From assembly GCA_050174015.1 (NCBI GenBank), contig JBFXKG010000005.1, positions 96,001-160,000 of the forward strand: a stretch of DNA of 64,000 nucleotides, read 5' to 3'. The DNA comes from Candidatus Krumholzibacteriia bacterium (lineage in GTDB: Bacteria; Krumholzibacteriota; Krumholzibacteriia; LZORAL124-64-63). Position numbers and translations under genes: made by a program. The notes under the pieces are model-generated. The model saw only the letters and a list, made by a program, of their open reading frames with translations, was not told where the DNA came from and searched no databases. This document shows positions 36,849-47,991 of this stretch, piece after piece (position 1 is the stretch's first letter; every line of letters begins with the position of its first letter).

Positions 36849-38651
36849 CTACTCGGCCGGCAGGACCGTCACGGTGATGGCGTCCTGGACGACGTCATCC
36901 CCGGTCCCCGCCCTCGCCAGGATGGTGATCTCCGTGGCCTCGGTCACCGCGGGAGTCCGCCAGGTGGCCGACCAGATCTCCAGCCCCTCCACCGCCTGCG
37001 GCTCCGATCCCGCCATGAGATCGACGAACGAAAGCGGGGCCCCTCCAAGGATGCCGGAGGCCGTCCCGGCGATGGTCACGTCGGTGTCGGCCTGCACCTG
37101 GGCTCCGTCGAGGGGTTCGGCGATGGCCACGAGCAGCTGGGAAACGGTGACGTCGATGATGGCCGTGGCGGAATCGGCGCCGGCCCACGCGCGGGCTCGC
37201 AGGACCCGCGGGGTGTCGGCGGCGAAGAGGGGGACGTTCCAATCGAAGGACCAGGCTTCCAGGCCGTCCGCGGCCACGAATCCCGCGCCGTCGCCCACGT
37301 CCACCTTGACCGAATCGATGGAGGTCTCCCCGGCGTTGCCGCTGCCCTGCACCATCAGAGGAACGCCGCCGAGCACCACGTCACCGTTGCGGGGGGCCAG
37401 GAAGTTGACCGAGACCGGCTGCTGGACGCGGATGACCGAGGCCGTCAGGATCCTGGAATCCGCCCAGTCGTTGCGGTACTGGGCGTAGACCGTGATCTCG
37501 CCCTCATCCGCTCCGAGGTCGATCGCGGCCGAGTCGGCATAGGCCTGCCACCCGGTGCCGCGGAAGTCGGGACTGAGGGAAAAGCGCATCAAGGTGGCCA
37601 CCGCGCCGGAGATCCCGATCACCGTGCTCGCGCCGGTGACGCCGGAGGGCACGTCCAGCTCGAAGGTCGCCTCCTGGAGCAGATCGGGGCTGACGTCCCA
37701 GTCGGTGACGGCGGTGAACCCGAAGTCACCCTGGAATTCCCCGAAGATCGTCTGGGGAGAGGCGGAATCCGCCAGCTGGAAGCCGCCGACCGTCTCGGCC
37801 GGATCCCGCCACTCGGCGGAGGCGAGGGCCTCGGAGCTGGCGGCGAAACGCATGGCCGTGACCCCTTCGGTGGCGACGGTCAGATCGACCAGCCGGGTGG
37901 CGACGCTCGCGGGTTTTCCGGCTACGGAGAAATCAGGTTCGAAATCCACGGTCAGGGTCTTCGACCCGACGGCGGAGGCGGAACCGGCGGTATAACCCTT
38001 GGCGAAGATCCTGACCGTGTCGCCGTTCTGGGAGGCGGGACCGAAATCCCAGGGGATGGTCTGGGCGACTCCAGGCGTCACGACGGGATAGCTCACCGCC
38101 CCGGTGAAGTCCTCGACGGCTGCCACCACGAAACTGTCCTGCATGTTGACGGTGATCTCGACCTCCTGGTGGCGGGAGGCGACGGTCTTGCGAGCCGAAT
38201 CGTTCCCCACCACGATGCGAGGCAGGGACAGGGCCGAGGCCGGGACTTGGTAGGAGAGGAGGGTGAAGTCGCCGCCCTCGTTGAAGGCCTGCACCTGGAA
38301 GAAGTGCATCCGGGTGGGGGACGGGTTGGGGTACAGGTACTGGTTGGACGGGGCGGTGGTCGCATCGACCGTCGCCACGTATTCGTACCCCGTTCCCGAA
38401 CTGAAGCTGTGGTTGACGTCGTAGGTGGTGATGCCCAGTCCCTGGGGCTGGTCCCACATCAGCAGGATGAACGTGTCGCTGGCCGTGGCGCGCAGGTTCA
38501 GCGGACCGCCGCCGGCGAGCCCCGCGGGGTCGAAGGGGTTGTCGAACTCCGGAGCGGCGGGTTTGCTCTCGCAGCCGGCGAGGACGGCGCCCAGGGCGAT
38601 GGCTCCGCAGGCGAGGAAGAAGATCAGGCGGATGATCCGGCGGTCGGACAT
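36849..38651 (-). CDS. Lipoprotein with FN3/Ig-like domains
   Basis: VLAGC lipobox, FDNPFDP, FN3-like LMWD..FQVQAFN, C-terminal Ig-like repeats (APRNGD, EPLDGA, WS.TW). Confidence 0.8.
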   Translation of the reverse strand: MSDRRIIRLIFFLACGAIALGAVLAGCESKPAAPEFDNPFDPAGLAGGGPLNLRATASDTFILLMWDQPQGLGITTYDVNHSFSSGTGYEYVATVDATTAPSNQYLYPNPSPTRMHFFQVQAFNEGGDFTLLSYQVPASALSLPRIVVGNDSARKTVASRHQEVEITVNMQDSFVVAAVEDFTGAVSYPVVTPGVAQTIPWDFGPASQNGDTVRIFAKGYTAGSASAVGSKTLTVDFEPDFSVAGKPASVATRLVDLTVATEGVTAMRFAASSEALASAEWRDPAETVGGFQLADSASPQTIFGEFQGDFGFTAVTDWDVSPDLLQEATFELDVPSGVTGASTVIGISGAVATLMRFSLSPDFRGTGWQAYADSAAIDLGADEGEITVYAQYRNDWADSRILTASVIRVQQPVSVNFLAPRNGDVVLGGVPLMVQGSGNAGETSIDSVKVDVGDGAGFVAADGLEAWSFDWNVPLFAADTPRVLRARAWAGADSATAIIDVTVSQLLVAIAEPLDGAQVQADTDVTIAGTASGILGGAPLSFVDLMAGSEPQAVEGLEIWSATWRTPAVTEATEITILARAGTGDDVVQDAITVTVLPAE

Positions 38652-38673
38652 GCCAGGCTACTCCTTGGATCGG

Positions 38674-39423
38674 TCAAAAACTCAGACGCAAGCCGGCGTG
38701 GACCGCCGGCTGCCAGGTCGTGGCCATCGCCCGGTCCGCAGGGGCGGCTGCGGCCCGGACGGGTGTTTCGCCTGTTCCCGCGGTGACGGCGGGGAATGAG
38801 AGGTAAGCGTCCAGGATGCTCACCAGCACGGCGCCGGCCGCGACGGCGAGGCCCGTGTTGCGCAGGGATTCCATGTCCTCCATGTCGGCATAGGCCTGGT
38901 CGGCCGCCGCCCGCAGCTCCGCCAGCCTGTCGGCGTTGATCGTCCGGTCGTACTCGTCCTGCAGCAGGAGGAAGTCGCGGCGCTCGTTGCTGCGCTGGAT
39001 CTCCCCGGCCAGGGCGGCCAGGAGCCCGCCGATTTCCGCTGCGGAATAGACGAAACCCCGGGTCCGGTGGCCGAGATACTGCTGGCCGAGCCCGGCGAGC
39101 AGGAGGTTGCTGCCCAGGGCCGTGCGGCGGCTCAGGGGTTGCATCCTCACCTGGAGGCGCACCACGGCACCCGGTCCGTCGAGGACGATCTCCTGGCGGT
39201 AGTCGACGTGCCCCGGGAGTTCGCAAAGGAGCTCGTGGCGTCCGGGTTCCAGCTCGAGCGCCGCGTCCAGCGGGAAGAATCCCAGGGGACGGCCGTCGAG
39301 GATCACGGCGGCGCCCGGGGGGCCGGCGAGTTCGAGGGTGGCGGCTCCGGTCGCGGAGGCCGGGCCCGGAAAGGCCGGACCCAGCAAAAGAACGACCAGC
39401 AGAATGAAAGGCGTACGCGTCAT
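38674..39423 (-). CDS. PEGA-domain secreted/membrane protein
   Basis: Signal peptide; PPGAAVILDGRPLG..LEPGRH..PGH; hydrophobic C-terminal half, terminal Phe. Confidence 0.75.
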   Translation of the reverse strand: MTRTPFILLVVLLLGPAFPGPASATGAATLELAGPPGAAVILDGRPLGFFPLDAALELEPGRHELLCELPGHVDYRQEIVLDGPGAVVRLQVRMQPLSRRTALGSNLLLAGLGQQYLGHRTRGFVYSAAEIGGLLAALAGEIQRSNERRDFLLLQDEYDRTINADRLAELRAAADQAYADMEDMESLRNTGLAVAAGAVLVSILDAYLSFPAVTAGTGETPVRAAAAPADRAMATTWQPAVHAGLRLSF

Positions 39424-39609
39424 GGTGCCAGCTTTCCCGTCTTCGAACCTGTGGCTGGGGGATTCCGGCCTCGACCGGCCTCGGCCTTGCGGTCCCCTTC
39501 CTCGAGGACGGACAAGGCGCGGTCATTATAGGACAGACCCTCGATCTTGACCCCCCAAAAAAAGGAGAGGGGTGTCCCGGGAAGTCCCTGATCGGACTGC
39601 GGTTGGAGG

Positions 39610-40044
39610 TCAGGCCCGGTGATAGGGCTTGCCCGCCAGGATCGTCAGGCCCCGATAGACCTGCTCCAGAAGCAAGACCCTCGCCATCTCGTGGGTCAAG
39701 GTCAAGCTTGAAAGTCGCAGGAAGCGGTGGGCCCGCCCGCGGGTACCGGGCCCCAGACCGTCGGGGCCGCCGATCACGAAGGTGACCGACCCGTGGGCGC
39801 CCAGCAGTCGGGCGAGGCTCATGCTGTCGAGGTCTTCCCCTCGTTCGTCCAGGGCCACGACGATCCCGCTGCCCTGGTCCGATCCCAGCAGGGCGGCGAT
39901 CTCCCGGTCTTCCCTGTCGGGTCGCGAATCCTTGATCTCCCTGATTTCGAGGCGGGCCATGCCGCGTGCGCGCTGGAGATAAGTCTCCGCAAGCTGTCCG
40001 AGGTTGCGGTCCTTCATCCTGCCGACGGCGATGATCCTGATCAC
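39610..40044 (-). CDS. rlmH: 23S rRNA (pseudouridine1915-N3)-methyltransferase
   Basis: IIAVGR, ALDERG, FVIGGPDG, SSLTLTHEMARVLLLEQVYR, PYH; GTG start. Confidence 0.95.
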   Translation of the reverse strand: MIRIIAVGRMKDRNLGQLAETYLQRARGMARLEIREIKDSRPDREDREIAALLGSDQGSGIVVALDERGEDLDSMSLARLLGAHGSVTFVIGGPDGLGPGTRGRAHRFLRLSSLTLTHEMARVLLLEQVYRGLTILAGKPYHRA

Positions 40045-40359
40045 GGTCGCGGTTCCCTTTCCAGGGGCCAGGAGGCCCGAGATACAAGACCAAAAAGATA
40101 CCCATTGGATTCGTGTAACTGCATGTAAGGTAACACACCTTTCCAGATTCCGTTCTTCATAATCAATCACTTCAACAAGTCCTTGACACTCCACGGAACG
40201 GAATATGAAATTGGCCCCGGTGGCTGTCATAAAAATGACATGCCCCCTCCGGGCCCCCGAGCGGGTTCGTTTCCCGGCCGGATCGCACCCTGCATCCGTG
40301 TCACAGAGCGGCGTCAGCCCGGGCCTGCCCGGGCGTCAACGAAATCCGGGATCCCTCTT

Positions 40360-40841
40360 ATGAATCTCCTTCTTTCGCCAGGGACCGCGACCCCCAGCCA
40401 CGTCGCCGATTACGCCACGGTCCTCATCTTCATCCTGGTCGGGTTCGTGTTCGCGGGAATCGCCCTCGGTGTGGCGAAGCTCCTGCGGCCAAGCAAACCC
40501 AGCCCCGCCAAGCTGACCACCTACGAGTGCGGCGAGCTGCCCACCGGATCCTCATGGGTGCGCTTCAACGTCCGGTTCTACCTCGTCGCCCTGTTCTTCA
40601 TCGTCTTCGACGTCGAAGTCATCTTCCTGTATCCCTGGGCGGTCGTGTTCAAGCAGTTGTATCCCGTGCCCCAGCTGGGAGCCCTGGTCTTCTGGGAGAT
40701 GATCATCTTCCTGGCCATCCTGAGCGTGGGCCTGGCCTACGTCTGGGTCAAGGGCGACCTGGCCTGGGTCAAGAAGCTGGTGGACCGGACCCCGGCCGAA
40801 TCGGCCACTCCCGCCGTCCTCGAGGAGGAGGTTTCCGCTCC

Positions 40842-40845
<4 letters not shown>
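40360..40845 (+). CDS. nuoA: NADH-quinone oxidoreductase subunit A
   Basis: [29 protein letters not shown]. Confidence 0.95.
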
Positions 40846-41456
<611 letters not shown>

Positions 41457-41468
41457 AGGCGGAAGGTC

Positions 41469-42122
41469 ATGGAACAGAAGGCCATCTACGATTTGCTCGC
41501 CGGCAAGCTGGGGGAGGGCGCGGTCGCCTTCCACGAGGACGGGATCGAACCCTGGGCCGAGATCGCCGCGGGTGCGGTCGCCGAGGCCTGCGGGTACCTC
41601 AGGCGCGAGCCCTCCCTGGACTTCGACCAGCTGATGTGCCTGTCGGGGATCGACTGGGACGGGTTCGACGAGTCGGGCAAGGGCAAGTCCGCGGGCATCC
41701 TGGGTTACACCGACGACGGCAGGCCCGAGACCAGCGATCGCAAGGCCGAGGGCGATCTGGGCGTCGCCTACCACCTCTACAGCCACGCCCTGGACCACAA
41801 GTTCACCCTGCGGATCCGCCTGCCCCGGGACCGGGCCGAAGCGCCCACCGTCTCGGGCGTGTGGCCGACGGCGAGCTGGCACGAGCGCGAAGCCTGGGAC
41901 CTGCTCGGCATCCGGTTCACCGGCCATCCGGACCTGCGGCGGATGCTGCTGGACGAGAAGTGGGTGGGCCATCCCCTGCGCAAGGACTACGTGATGCCCG
42001 ATCGCTGGGAGGGCGTGCCCATGGACGGCAGGCCCTATAGCGCGAATCCTTTCCCTGCAACCGAGGAACCACCGGCCGGGGGGCCCAGGCCCGACGGCGA
42101 CACCCCCCCGGCGGAGGCTTGA
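41469..42122 (+). CDS. nuoC: NADH-quinone oxidoreductase subunit C
   Basis: WHEREAWDLLGIRFTGHPDLRR, GHPLRKDY. Confidence 0.95.
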   Translation: MEQKAIYDLLAGKLGEGAVAFHEDGIEPWAEIAAGAVAEACGYLRREPSLDFDQLMCLSGIDWDGFDESGKGKSAGILGYTDDGRPETSDRKAEGDLGVAYHLYSHALDHKFTLRIRLPRDRAEAPTVSGVWPTASWHEREAWDLLGIRFTGHPDLRRMLLDEKWVGHPLRKDYVMPDRWEGVPMDGRPYSANPFPATEEPPAGGPRPDGDTPPAEA

Positions 42123-42123
42123 G

Positions 42124-43299
42124 ATGGCGATGGATACCAAGAAGACCAACGGCTGGGCCGACCAGGACGACGTCCCGGAGATCAAGAGCGAGCTCCTGGA
42201 ACTCAACATGGGACCCCAGCACCCGGCCACCCACGGCGTGCTGCGGCTGCTGCTGAAGACCGACGGCGAGATCGTCTACCAGGTCACCCCCGTGCTGGGC
42301 TACCTGCACCGCTGCGCCGAGAAGATCGCCGAGGGCGTCAACTACAAGCAGTGGGTGGTCTACACCGACCGGTTCGACTACCTGGCGCCCATGTGCTGCA
42401 ACCACGCCTACGTGACGGCGGTGGAGAAGCTGATGCAGCAGGAGGTGCCCGAGCGAGCGGAGCACATCCGCGTCGTGGTGGCCGAGCTGTCCCGCATCGC
42501 CAGCCACCTGATCGCCCTGGCCACCTTCGGCCTGGACATGGGGGCCTGGACCCCGCTGCTGTACTGCTTCCGCGAGCGGGAGGAGATCCTCAACCTGCTC
42601 GAGCGGATCTCCGGCGGGCGCATGCTCTACAACTACATGGTGCCGGGCGGGGTGCGCTACGACGTTCCCGAGGACGGCTGGGTGAAGGACGTCCTGTCCT
42701 TCATCACCATGCTCGAGACCAAGAAGATCAAGGACTACAACCAGCTGCTCACCTACAACAAGATCTTCATCGAGCGGACGGCCGACGTGGGCGTCATCAG
42801 CAAGGAGGACGCCTTCGCCTACGCCTGCACCGGACCGGTGCTGCGGGGATCGGGGGTGAAGTTCGACTGCCGGCGCAACGATCCCTATTCGGCGTATCCC
42901 AAGTTCGACTTCGAGATTCCGGTGGGCCTGGGCGAGATGGGCACGGTCGGGGACTGCTGGGACCGCTACATGGTCCGCGTCCGGGAGATCGAGCAGTCCT
43001 GCCGCATCATCCGGCAGGCCCTGGACACCCTGCCCGAGGGGCCCTACCAGGCCATCGAACTGCACAAGCCCGTCAAGGTGCCCGCGGGGGCGGCCTACAC
43101 CCGCACCGAGAGCGCCAAGGGCGAGATCGGGCACTACATCATCTCCGACGGCGGCCAGACCGCCTTCCGCAACAAGGTCCGTTCACCCTCCTTCTGCAAC
43201 CTGCAGGTCGTCGAGAAGGTCGGAGTCGGCCAGATGGTTTCGGACCTCGTGGCCCTGGTCGGGTCGCTGGACATCGTACTCGGGGAGATTGACCGCTGA
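42124..43299 (+). CDS. nuoD: NADH-quinone oxidoreductase subunit D
   Basis: NMGPQHPATHGVLRL, GYLHR, DRFDY, C-terminal DIVLGEIDR. Confidence 0.97.
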   Translation: MAMDTKKTNGWADQDDVPEIKSELLELNMGPQHPATHGVLRLLLKTDGEIVYQVTPVLGYLHRCAEKIAEGVNYKQWVVYTDRFDYLAPMCCNHAYVTAVEKLMQQEVPERAEHIRVVVAELSRIASHLIALATFGLDMGAWTPLLYCFREREEILNLLERISGGRMLYNYMVPGGVRYDVPEDGWVKDVLSFITMLETKKIKDYNQLLTYNKIFIERTADVGVISKEDAFAYACTGPVLRGSGVKFDCRRNDPYSAYPKFDFEIPVGLGEMGTVGDCWDRYMVRVREIEQSCRIIRQALDTLPEGPYQAIELHKPVKVPAGAAYTRTESAKGEIGHYIISDGGQTAFRNKVRSPSFCNLQVVEKVGVGQMVSDLVALVGSLDIVLGEIDR

Positions 43300-44354
43300 T
43301 GGAAATTCTCACCGCTTGGCTGCAAGGATTGCCCGGAATGGGCGGAATGTCGGACCAGGGGCTGTACGTCACCGGGGCCGCCCTGATGGCCACCCTAATG
43401 TTCACGGTCATGGCCCTGTGCGCCATCGTCTTCACCTGGATGGAGCGCAAGGTCGCGGGCTTCATCCAGAGCCGCTACGGCCCCATGTACACCGGCCGCT
43501 GGCAGGGCTGGGCCCAGGCCGTCGCCGACATGCTGAAGATCCTGGGCAAGGAGGACATCATCCCCGCCCAGGCGGACAAGGGCCTGTTCGTGTTCGCTCC
43601 GATCCTGGTCCTGCTGGGCTCGCTGCTGGCCTGGGCGGCGATCCCCTGGTCGCCGGGCTTCATCGCGGCCGACCTCGACCTGGGTCTGTTCTACATCTTC
43701 GCCGTCAGCAGCATGGTGGTCATCGGCATCCTCATGGCCGGCTGGGCCTCGAACAACAAGTGGGCCCTCTACGGGGCGGCCCGCGGTGCGGCCCAGATGG
43801 TCAGCTACGAGATCCCGCTGGCCCTGGCGACCATCCCGGTGATCCTGAACGTCGGCTCGCTGAACACCCAGGACATCGTCATCGCCCAGCAGGGCGGGAT
43901 GTTCAACTGGTTCGTGTTCCACGATCCCTTCCTGTTCATCGCCTTCTGGATGTACTTCATCGCCTCGATCGCCGAGACCAACCGCGGCCCCTTCGACATG
44001 CCGGAGACGGAGTCGGAGCTGGTGGCCGGCTACCACACCGAGTACACCGGCATGCGGTTCGCCTTCTTCTTCCTGGCCGAGTACGCCAACCTGTTCCTGG
44101 TGGCGATCATCGCCTCGGTGGTGTTCCTGGGCGGCTGGTGGGCCCCGATTCCGGGCCTGGACTTCGCGCCGGCGCTGACGCTGGTGATCAAGGGCGTGCT
44201 GCTGGTCTTCCTGAACATGTGGGTGCGCTGGACCCTGCCGCGCGTCCGCGTGGACCAGCTGATGCACCTGTGCTGGAAAGTGATGATCCCCGTGACCCTG
44301 CTGTGCATCGTGGGTTCGGGACTGTGGATGATCCTGTCGGGCGAGCTCGGGTAA
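43299..44354 (+). CDS. nuoH: NADH-quinone oxidoreductase subunit H
   Basis: ERKVAGFIQSRYGP, AQMVSYE, AETNRGPFDMPETESELVAGYHTEY. Confidence 0.97.
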   Translation: MEILTAWLQGLPGMGGMSDQGLYVTGAALMATLMFTVMALCAIVFTWMERKVAGFIQSRYGPMYTGRWQGWAQAVADMLKILGKEDIIPAQADKGLFVFAPILVLLGSLLAWAAIPWSPGFIAADLDLGLFYIFAVSSMVVIGILMAGWASNNKWALYGAARGAAQMVSYEIPLALATIPVILNVGSLNTQDIVIAQQGGMFNWFVFHDPFLFIAFWMYFIASIAETNRGPFDMPETESELVAGYHTEYTGMRFAFFFLAEYANLFLVAIIASVVFLGGWWAPIPGLDFAPALTLVIKGVLLVFLNMWVRWTLPRVRVDQLMHLCWKVMIPVTLLCIVGSGLWMILSGELG

Positions 44355-44425
44355 CGGTAACGAGCGGGCCTGTTGGCCGCGCCGCGGACGCCGGGCGCCT
44401 GCGGCAAACAAGCGGAGAATAGCCG

Positions 44426-44929
44426 ATGGTCCAGTATTTCCAAGACATCTACTCGGCGGTCAGTTCGGCCCTGGTGGGGATGACCATCACCATCAAGCAC
44501 ATCTGGAAGAAGCCGGTGACCCTCCAGTTCCCGGACGAACGCCAGGTGATGCCCCAGCGCTTCCGCGGCTTCGTGCACAACGACACCACCAAGTGCGACG
44601 CCTGCAACATCTGCGCGAAGCTGTGCCCGGTGGACTGCATCTACATCGAGACCGACGGCAAGGGCAAGGACCGGTACATGACCCGGTACGCCATCGACTA
44701 CAACAAGTGCATCTGGTGCTCCCTGTGCACCGAGAACTGCCATACCGGATCGATCACCATGAGCCACGACTACGACCACGCCGTCTACGACCGCCGGTCG
44801 CTGGTCTACGAGTTCATGGATCCCACCGAAGGGAAGGTTCCCTGCCACCGCGCCACGCGGATCGAGCTGGGCTGGTGGGTCGAACCCAAGGAAGACAAGT
44901 CCGACGGGGACAAAGGAGCGGAATCGTGA
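44426..44929 (+). CDS. nuoI: NADH-quinone oxidoreductase subunit I
   Basis: Two CxxCxxCxxxC motifs; operon position. Confidence 0.95.
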   Translation: MVQYFQDIYSAVSSALVGMTITIKHIWKKPVTLQFPDERQVMPQRFRGFVHNDTTKCDACNICAKLCPVDCIYIETDGKGKDRYMTRYAIDYNKCIWCSLCTENCHTGSITMSHDYDHAVYDRRSLVYEFMDPTEGKVPCHRATRIELGWWVEPKEDKSDGDKGAES

Positions 44930-45468
44930 CCGGTGACCTGATCTTCATCCTGCTGGCCCTGCTCACCGTGGTGCCCGCAGTCTGGGTGGTCTCCAGCCGG
45001 AACATCGTGCACGCCGGTTTCGGCCTGCTGTTCACGCTGTTCGGGGCCGCGGGCCTGTACGCCTACATGGGCGCGGACTTCATCGCCGTCACCCAGCTGA
45101 TGGTCTACATCGGCGGGGTCCTCGTCCTCGTCCTGTTCACGGTGATGATGACCAGGGTGCCGTCCGGCGGCCGGCGGACCCACGGACTGGACCGCTACGT
45201 CCCGGCCGGGGTGTTCGCCGCGCTGGTGTTCGGCGTCCTCTACAAGACCATCACCTCGGTGGAGTGGGGGGGCTCCGAACAGCCGGCCATGCCCACGATC
45301 GCCGAGATCGGGACCAACTTCATGACCAGCTACATCTTTCCCTTCGAGTACGTCTCGCTGGTGTTGCTGGCCGCGCTGATCGGGGCGGCCATCCTGATCC
45401 GGGAACGCCGGGACGGGCAGCCCACCGACGGTGAGAACGGGACCGCCGAACGGGAGGTGCAGCAGTGA
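44926..45468 (+). CDS. nuoJ: NADH-quinone oxidoreductase subunit J
   Basis: QLMVYIGGVLVLVLFTVMM, PFEYVS; GTG start overlapping the nuoI stop. Confidence 0.93.
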   Translation: MTGDLIFILLALLTVVPAVWVVSSRNIVHAGFGLLFTLFGAAGLYAYMGADFIAVTQLMVYIGGVLVLVLFTVMMTRVPSGGRRTHGLDRYVPAGVFAALVFGVLYKTITSVEWGGSEQPAMPTIAEIGTNFMTSYIFPFEYVSLVLLAALIGAAILIRERRDGQPTDGENGTAEREVQQ

Positions 45469-45773
45469 ACGTCGGGTTGCCTCATTTCCTGACCGTGGCG
45501 GCCGTCCTGTTCTGCCTGGGCCTCTACGCCGTGATGTCCCGGCGCAACGCCGTCGGGATCCTCATGGGCGTCGAGCTGATGCTCAACGCGGCCAACCTCA
45601 ACTTCGTGGCCTTTTCCCGCTACGTCCAGCACGGCATCGACGGCCAGATCATGGCCGCCTTCGTCATCGTGCTGGCGGCGGCGGAAGCGGCCGTGGCCCT
45701 GGCCATCGTTCTGGCGATGTTCCGCAATTTCGGCACGGTCCACGCGGACACCGTCCAAAGCCTGAAGCGATAA
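45465..45773 (+). CDS. nuoK: NADH-quinone oxidoreductase subunit K
   Basis: RRNA, VELMLNAANLN, AAAEAAVALA. Confidence 0.96.
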   Translation: MNVGLPHFLTVAAVLFCLGLYAVMSRRNAVGILMGVELMLNAANLNFVAFSRYVQHGIDGQIMAAFVIVLAAAEAAVALAIVLAMFRNFGTVHADTVQSLKR

Positions 45774-45786
45774 GGGAGTCGAACCG

Positions 45787-47949
45787 GTGATGAGCGACAC
45801 CACGGTCCTGTATTCCGCGCTGGCCATCCTGGGGCTGCCCCTGGCCTCCTACGCGCTCACCTTCTTCTTCGGGAAGAAGCTGCCGCGCCGGGGGGACTTC
45901 ATCGGGGTCGGGTTCATGGGGATCGCCGAGCTCCTGGCGCTGGGGATCTTCATCCACTTCTGGCGGGTGGGGGATCCGACCTACCGCGTCGAGGCGGCCT
46001 TCAACTGGGTGGACCTGGGCGGTTTCCGCATCGATGCGGGCATCCTGGTCGACGGCATGACCTCGGTGATGCTGATGGTGGTCTGCACCATCAGCTTCCT
46101 GGTCCATCTCTACTCGACCGGCTACATGCACGGGGACCGGCGCTACGAGCGGTTCTTCGCCTTCCTGGGTTTCTTCACCTTCTCCATGCTGGGCATCGTG
46201 CTGGCGAACAACCTGTTCTTCCTGTACGTGTTCTGGGAGCTGGTGGGCCTGTCCAGCTACCTGCTGATCGGGTTCTTCTTCCACAAGCACTCGGCCGCGA
46301 ACGCCAACAAGAAGGCGTTCCTGACCAACCGGGTCGGCGACTGGGGCTTCTGGCTGGGCATCCTGGCCTTCTTCACGGCCACCGGCACGCTGAACTACTT
46401 CGAGCTGTTCGCCCACGTCGAGGCCGGGACCATCAAGGGCGCCCTGCTCTCGTGGGCGGGCGTCGGCCTGTTCATGGGCTGCGTCGGCAAGTCGGCCCAG
46501 ATGCCGCTGCACATCTGGCTCCCCGACGCCATGGAGGGCCCGACCCCCGTTTCGGCCCTGATCCACGCCGCCACCATGGTGGCCGCCGGCGTCTACATGG
46601 TCGCCCGGCTGGCGCCCCTGTTCGGGGCGGACGCCATGATGGTGATCCTCTACGTGGGGGCGATCACCGCCTTCATCCCCGCCACCATCGCCCTGGTCAA
46701 GACTGACCTCAAACGGGTGCTGGCCTTCTCGACGCTCAGCCAGCTGGGATACATGGTCATGGCCCTGGGCGCGGGGGACTCCCCCAACGCCATGTTCCAC
46801 CTGACCACCCACGCCATGTTCAAGGCCCTGCTCTTCCTCGGGGCCGGGTCGGTGATCCACGCCGTCCACTCCCAGGAGATCCCGGACATGGGCGGCCTGC
46901 GCAAGAAGATGCCCATCACCTTCGTGACCTTCCTGGTCGGGACGCTGGCGCTGGCCGGCGTGCCCTTCTTCGCGGGCTTCTACTCCAAGGACGGCATCCT
47001 GGGTTCGGCCCTGGCCTTCGGCATGACCAGCGGCCACTACCTGCCCTTCATCCTGGGCATCATGGCGGCGGTTCTGACGCCGTTCTACATGTTCAGGCTG
47101 GTCTTCCTGACCTTCTTCGGCAAGCCACGCGACCAGCACAGGTACGACCACGCCCACGAGTCGGGCCTGACCATGACCATTCCCCTGATGATCCTGGGAG
47201 TCCTGTCGTTCTGCGCTGCCGGCTGGCAGACGGCCGACAAGGGCTGGTTCAGCCGGTTCACGGTGCCCTACGACGTGCCCGCCATCGCCGCGGAGTTCCA
47301 CCTGGCGGCTCCGGACCACGCCGACCCCGCCTTCGACACCCAGGGCGGGCACCCCGTCCAGGCGGAGGCCGACCACGGGGACGCCCACGCGGACGCCGGC
47401 CACGCCGAACCCGCCCCCGGCGGGGACGCCCATGGGGAACAGGCCCACGGGGAAGCCGCTCACGGGGGCGGCCATCACGACGTCGCCCACACGGCCCACC
47501 TGAGGGCGATGGTCATGTCCATCATCATGGTGATCGTCGGCATCGCCGGCGCCTACTGGGTCTACTTCCTGCGCAAGGTCGATACCCCCGCCATCCAGCG
47601 ACGGCTGTCCGGGGCCTACGAGACGCTGCAGGGACAGTATTTCTTCGATGAGCTGTACGCGGCGACCCTCTACCGGTTCACCCTGTGGTGGGCCATGATG
47701 TGCGCCGCCTTCGATCGCATCGTCATCGACGGCATCGTCAACGGCACCGGCTACCTGACCCGCTCGGTGAGCTGGATCTCGGGCCTGGCCGACAAGTACA
47801 TCGTCGACGGCGCGGTGAACGGCATCGCCACCGTCCTGCAGGGCGCCGGCGAAGGCATCCGTCGTCTGCAAACAGGCCGGATCCAGACCTACCTGGCGTA
47901 CACCAGCGCTTCGGTCCTGATCCTGATCCTGGTCTACAAGGTTCTGTAA
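45787..47949 (+). CDS. nuoL: NADH-quinone oxidoreductase subunit L
   Basis: WELVGLSSYLLIGF, GKSAQMPLHIWLPDAMEGPTPVSALIHAATMV, LQTGRIQTY. Confidence 0.97.
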   Translation: MMSDTTVLYSALAILGLPLASYALTFFFGKKLPRRGDFIGVGFMGIAELLALGIFIHFWRVGDPTYRVEAAFNWVDLGGFRIDAGILVDGMTSVMLMVVCTISFLVHLYSTGYMHGDRRYERFFAFLGFFTFSMLGIVLANNLFFLYVFWELVGLSSYLLIGFFFHKHSAANANKKAFLTNRVGDWGFWLGILAFFTATGTLNYFELFAHVEAGTIKGALLSWAGVGLFMGCVGKSAQMPLHIWLPDAMEGPTPVSALIHAATMVAAGVYMVARLAPLFGADAMMVILYVGAITAFIPATIALVKTDLKRVLAFSTLSQLGYMVMALGAGDSPNAMFHLTTHAMFKALLFLGAGSVIHAVHSQEIPDMGGLRKKMPITFVTFLVGTLALAGVPFFAGFYSKDGILGSALAFGMTSGHYLPFILGIMAAVLTPFYMFRLVFLTFFGKPRDQHRYDHAHESGLTMTIPLMILGVLSFCAAGWQTADKGWFSRFTVPYDVPAIAAEFHLAAPDHADPAFDTQGGHPVQAEADHGDAHADAGHAEPAPGGDAHGEQAHGEAAHGGGHHDVAHTAHLRAMVMSIIMVIVGIAGAYWVYFLRKVDTPAIQRRLSGAYETLQGQYFFDELYAATLYRFTLWWAMMCAAFDRIVIDGIVNGTGYLTRSVSWISGLADKYIVDGAVNGIATVLQGAGEGIRRLQTGRIQTYLAYTSASVLILILVYKVL

Positions 47950-47991
47950 CGTCCGGGTCGATTCGGAGAACCCCCGAGAGGAGCGCCACGC

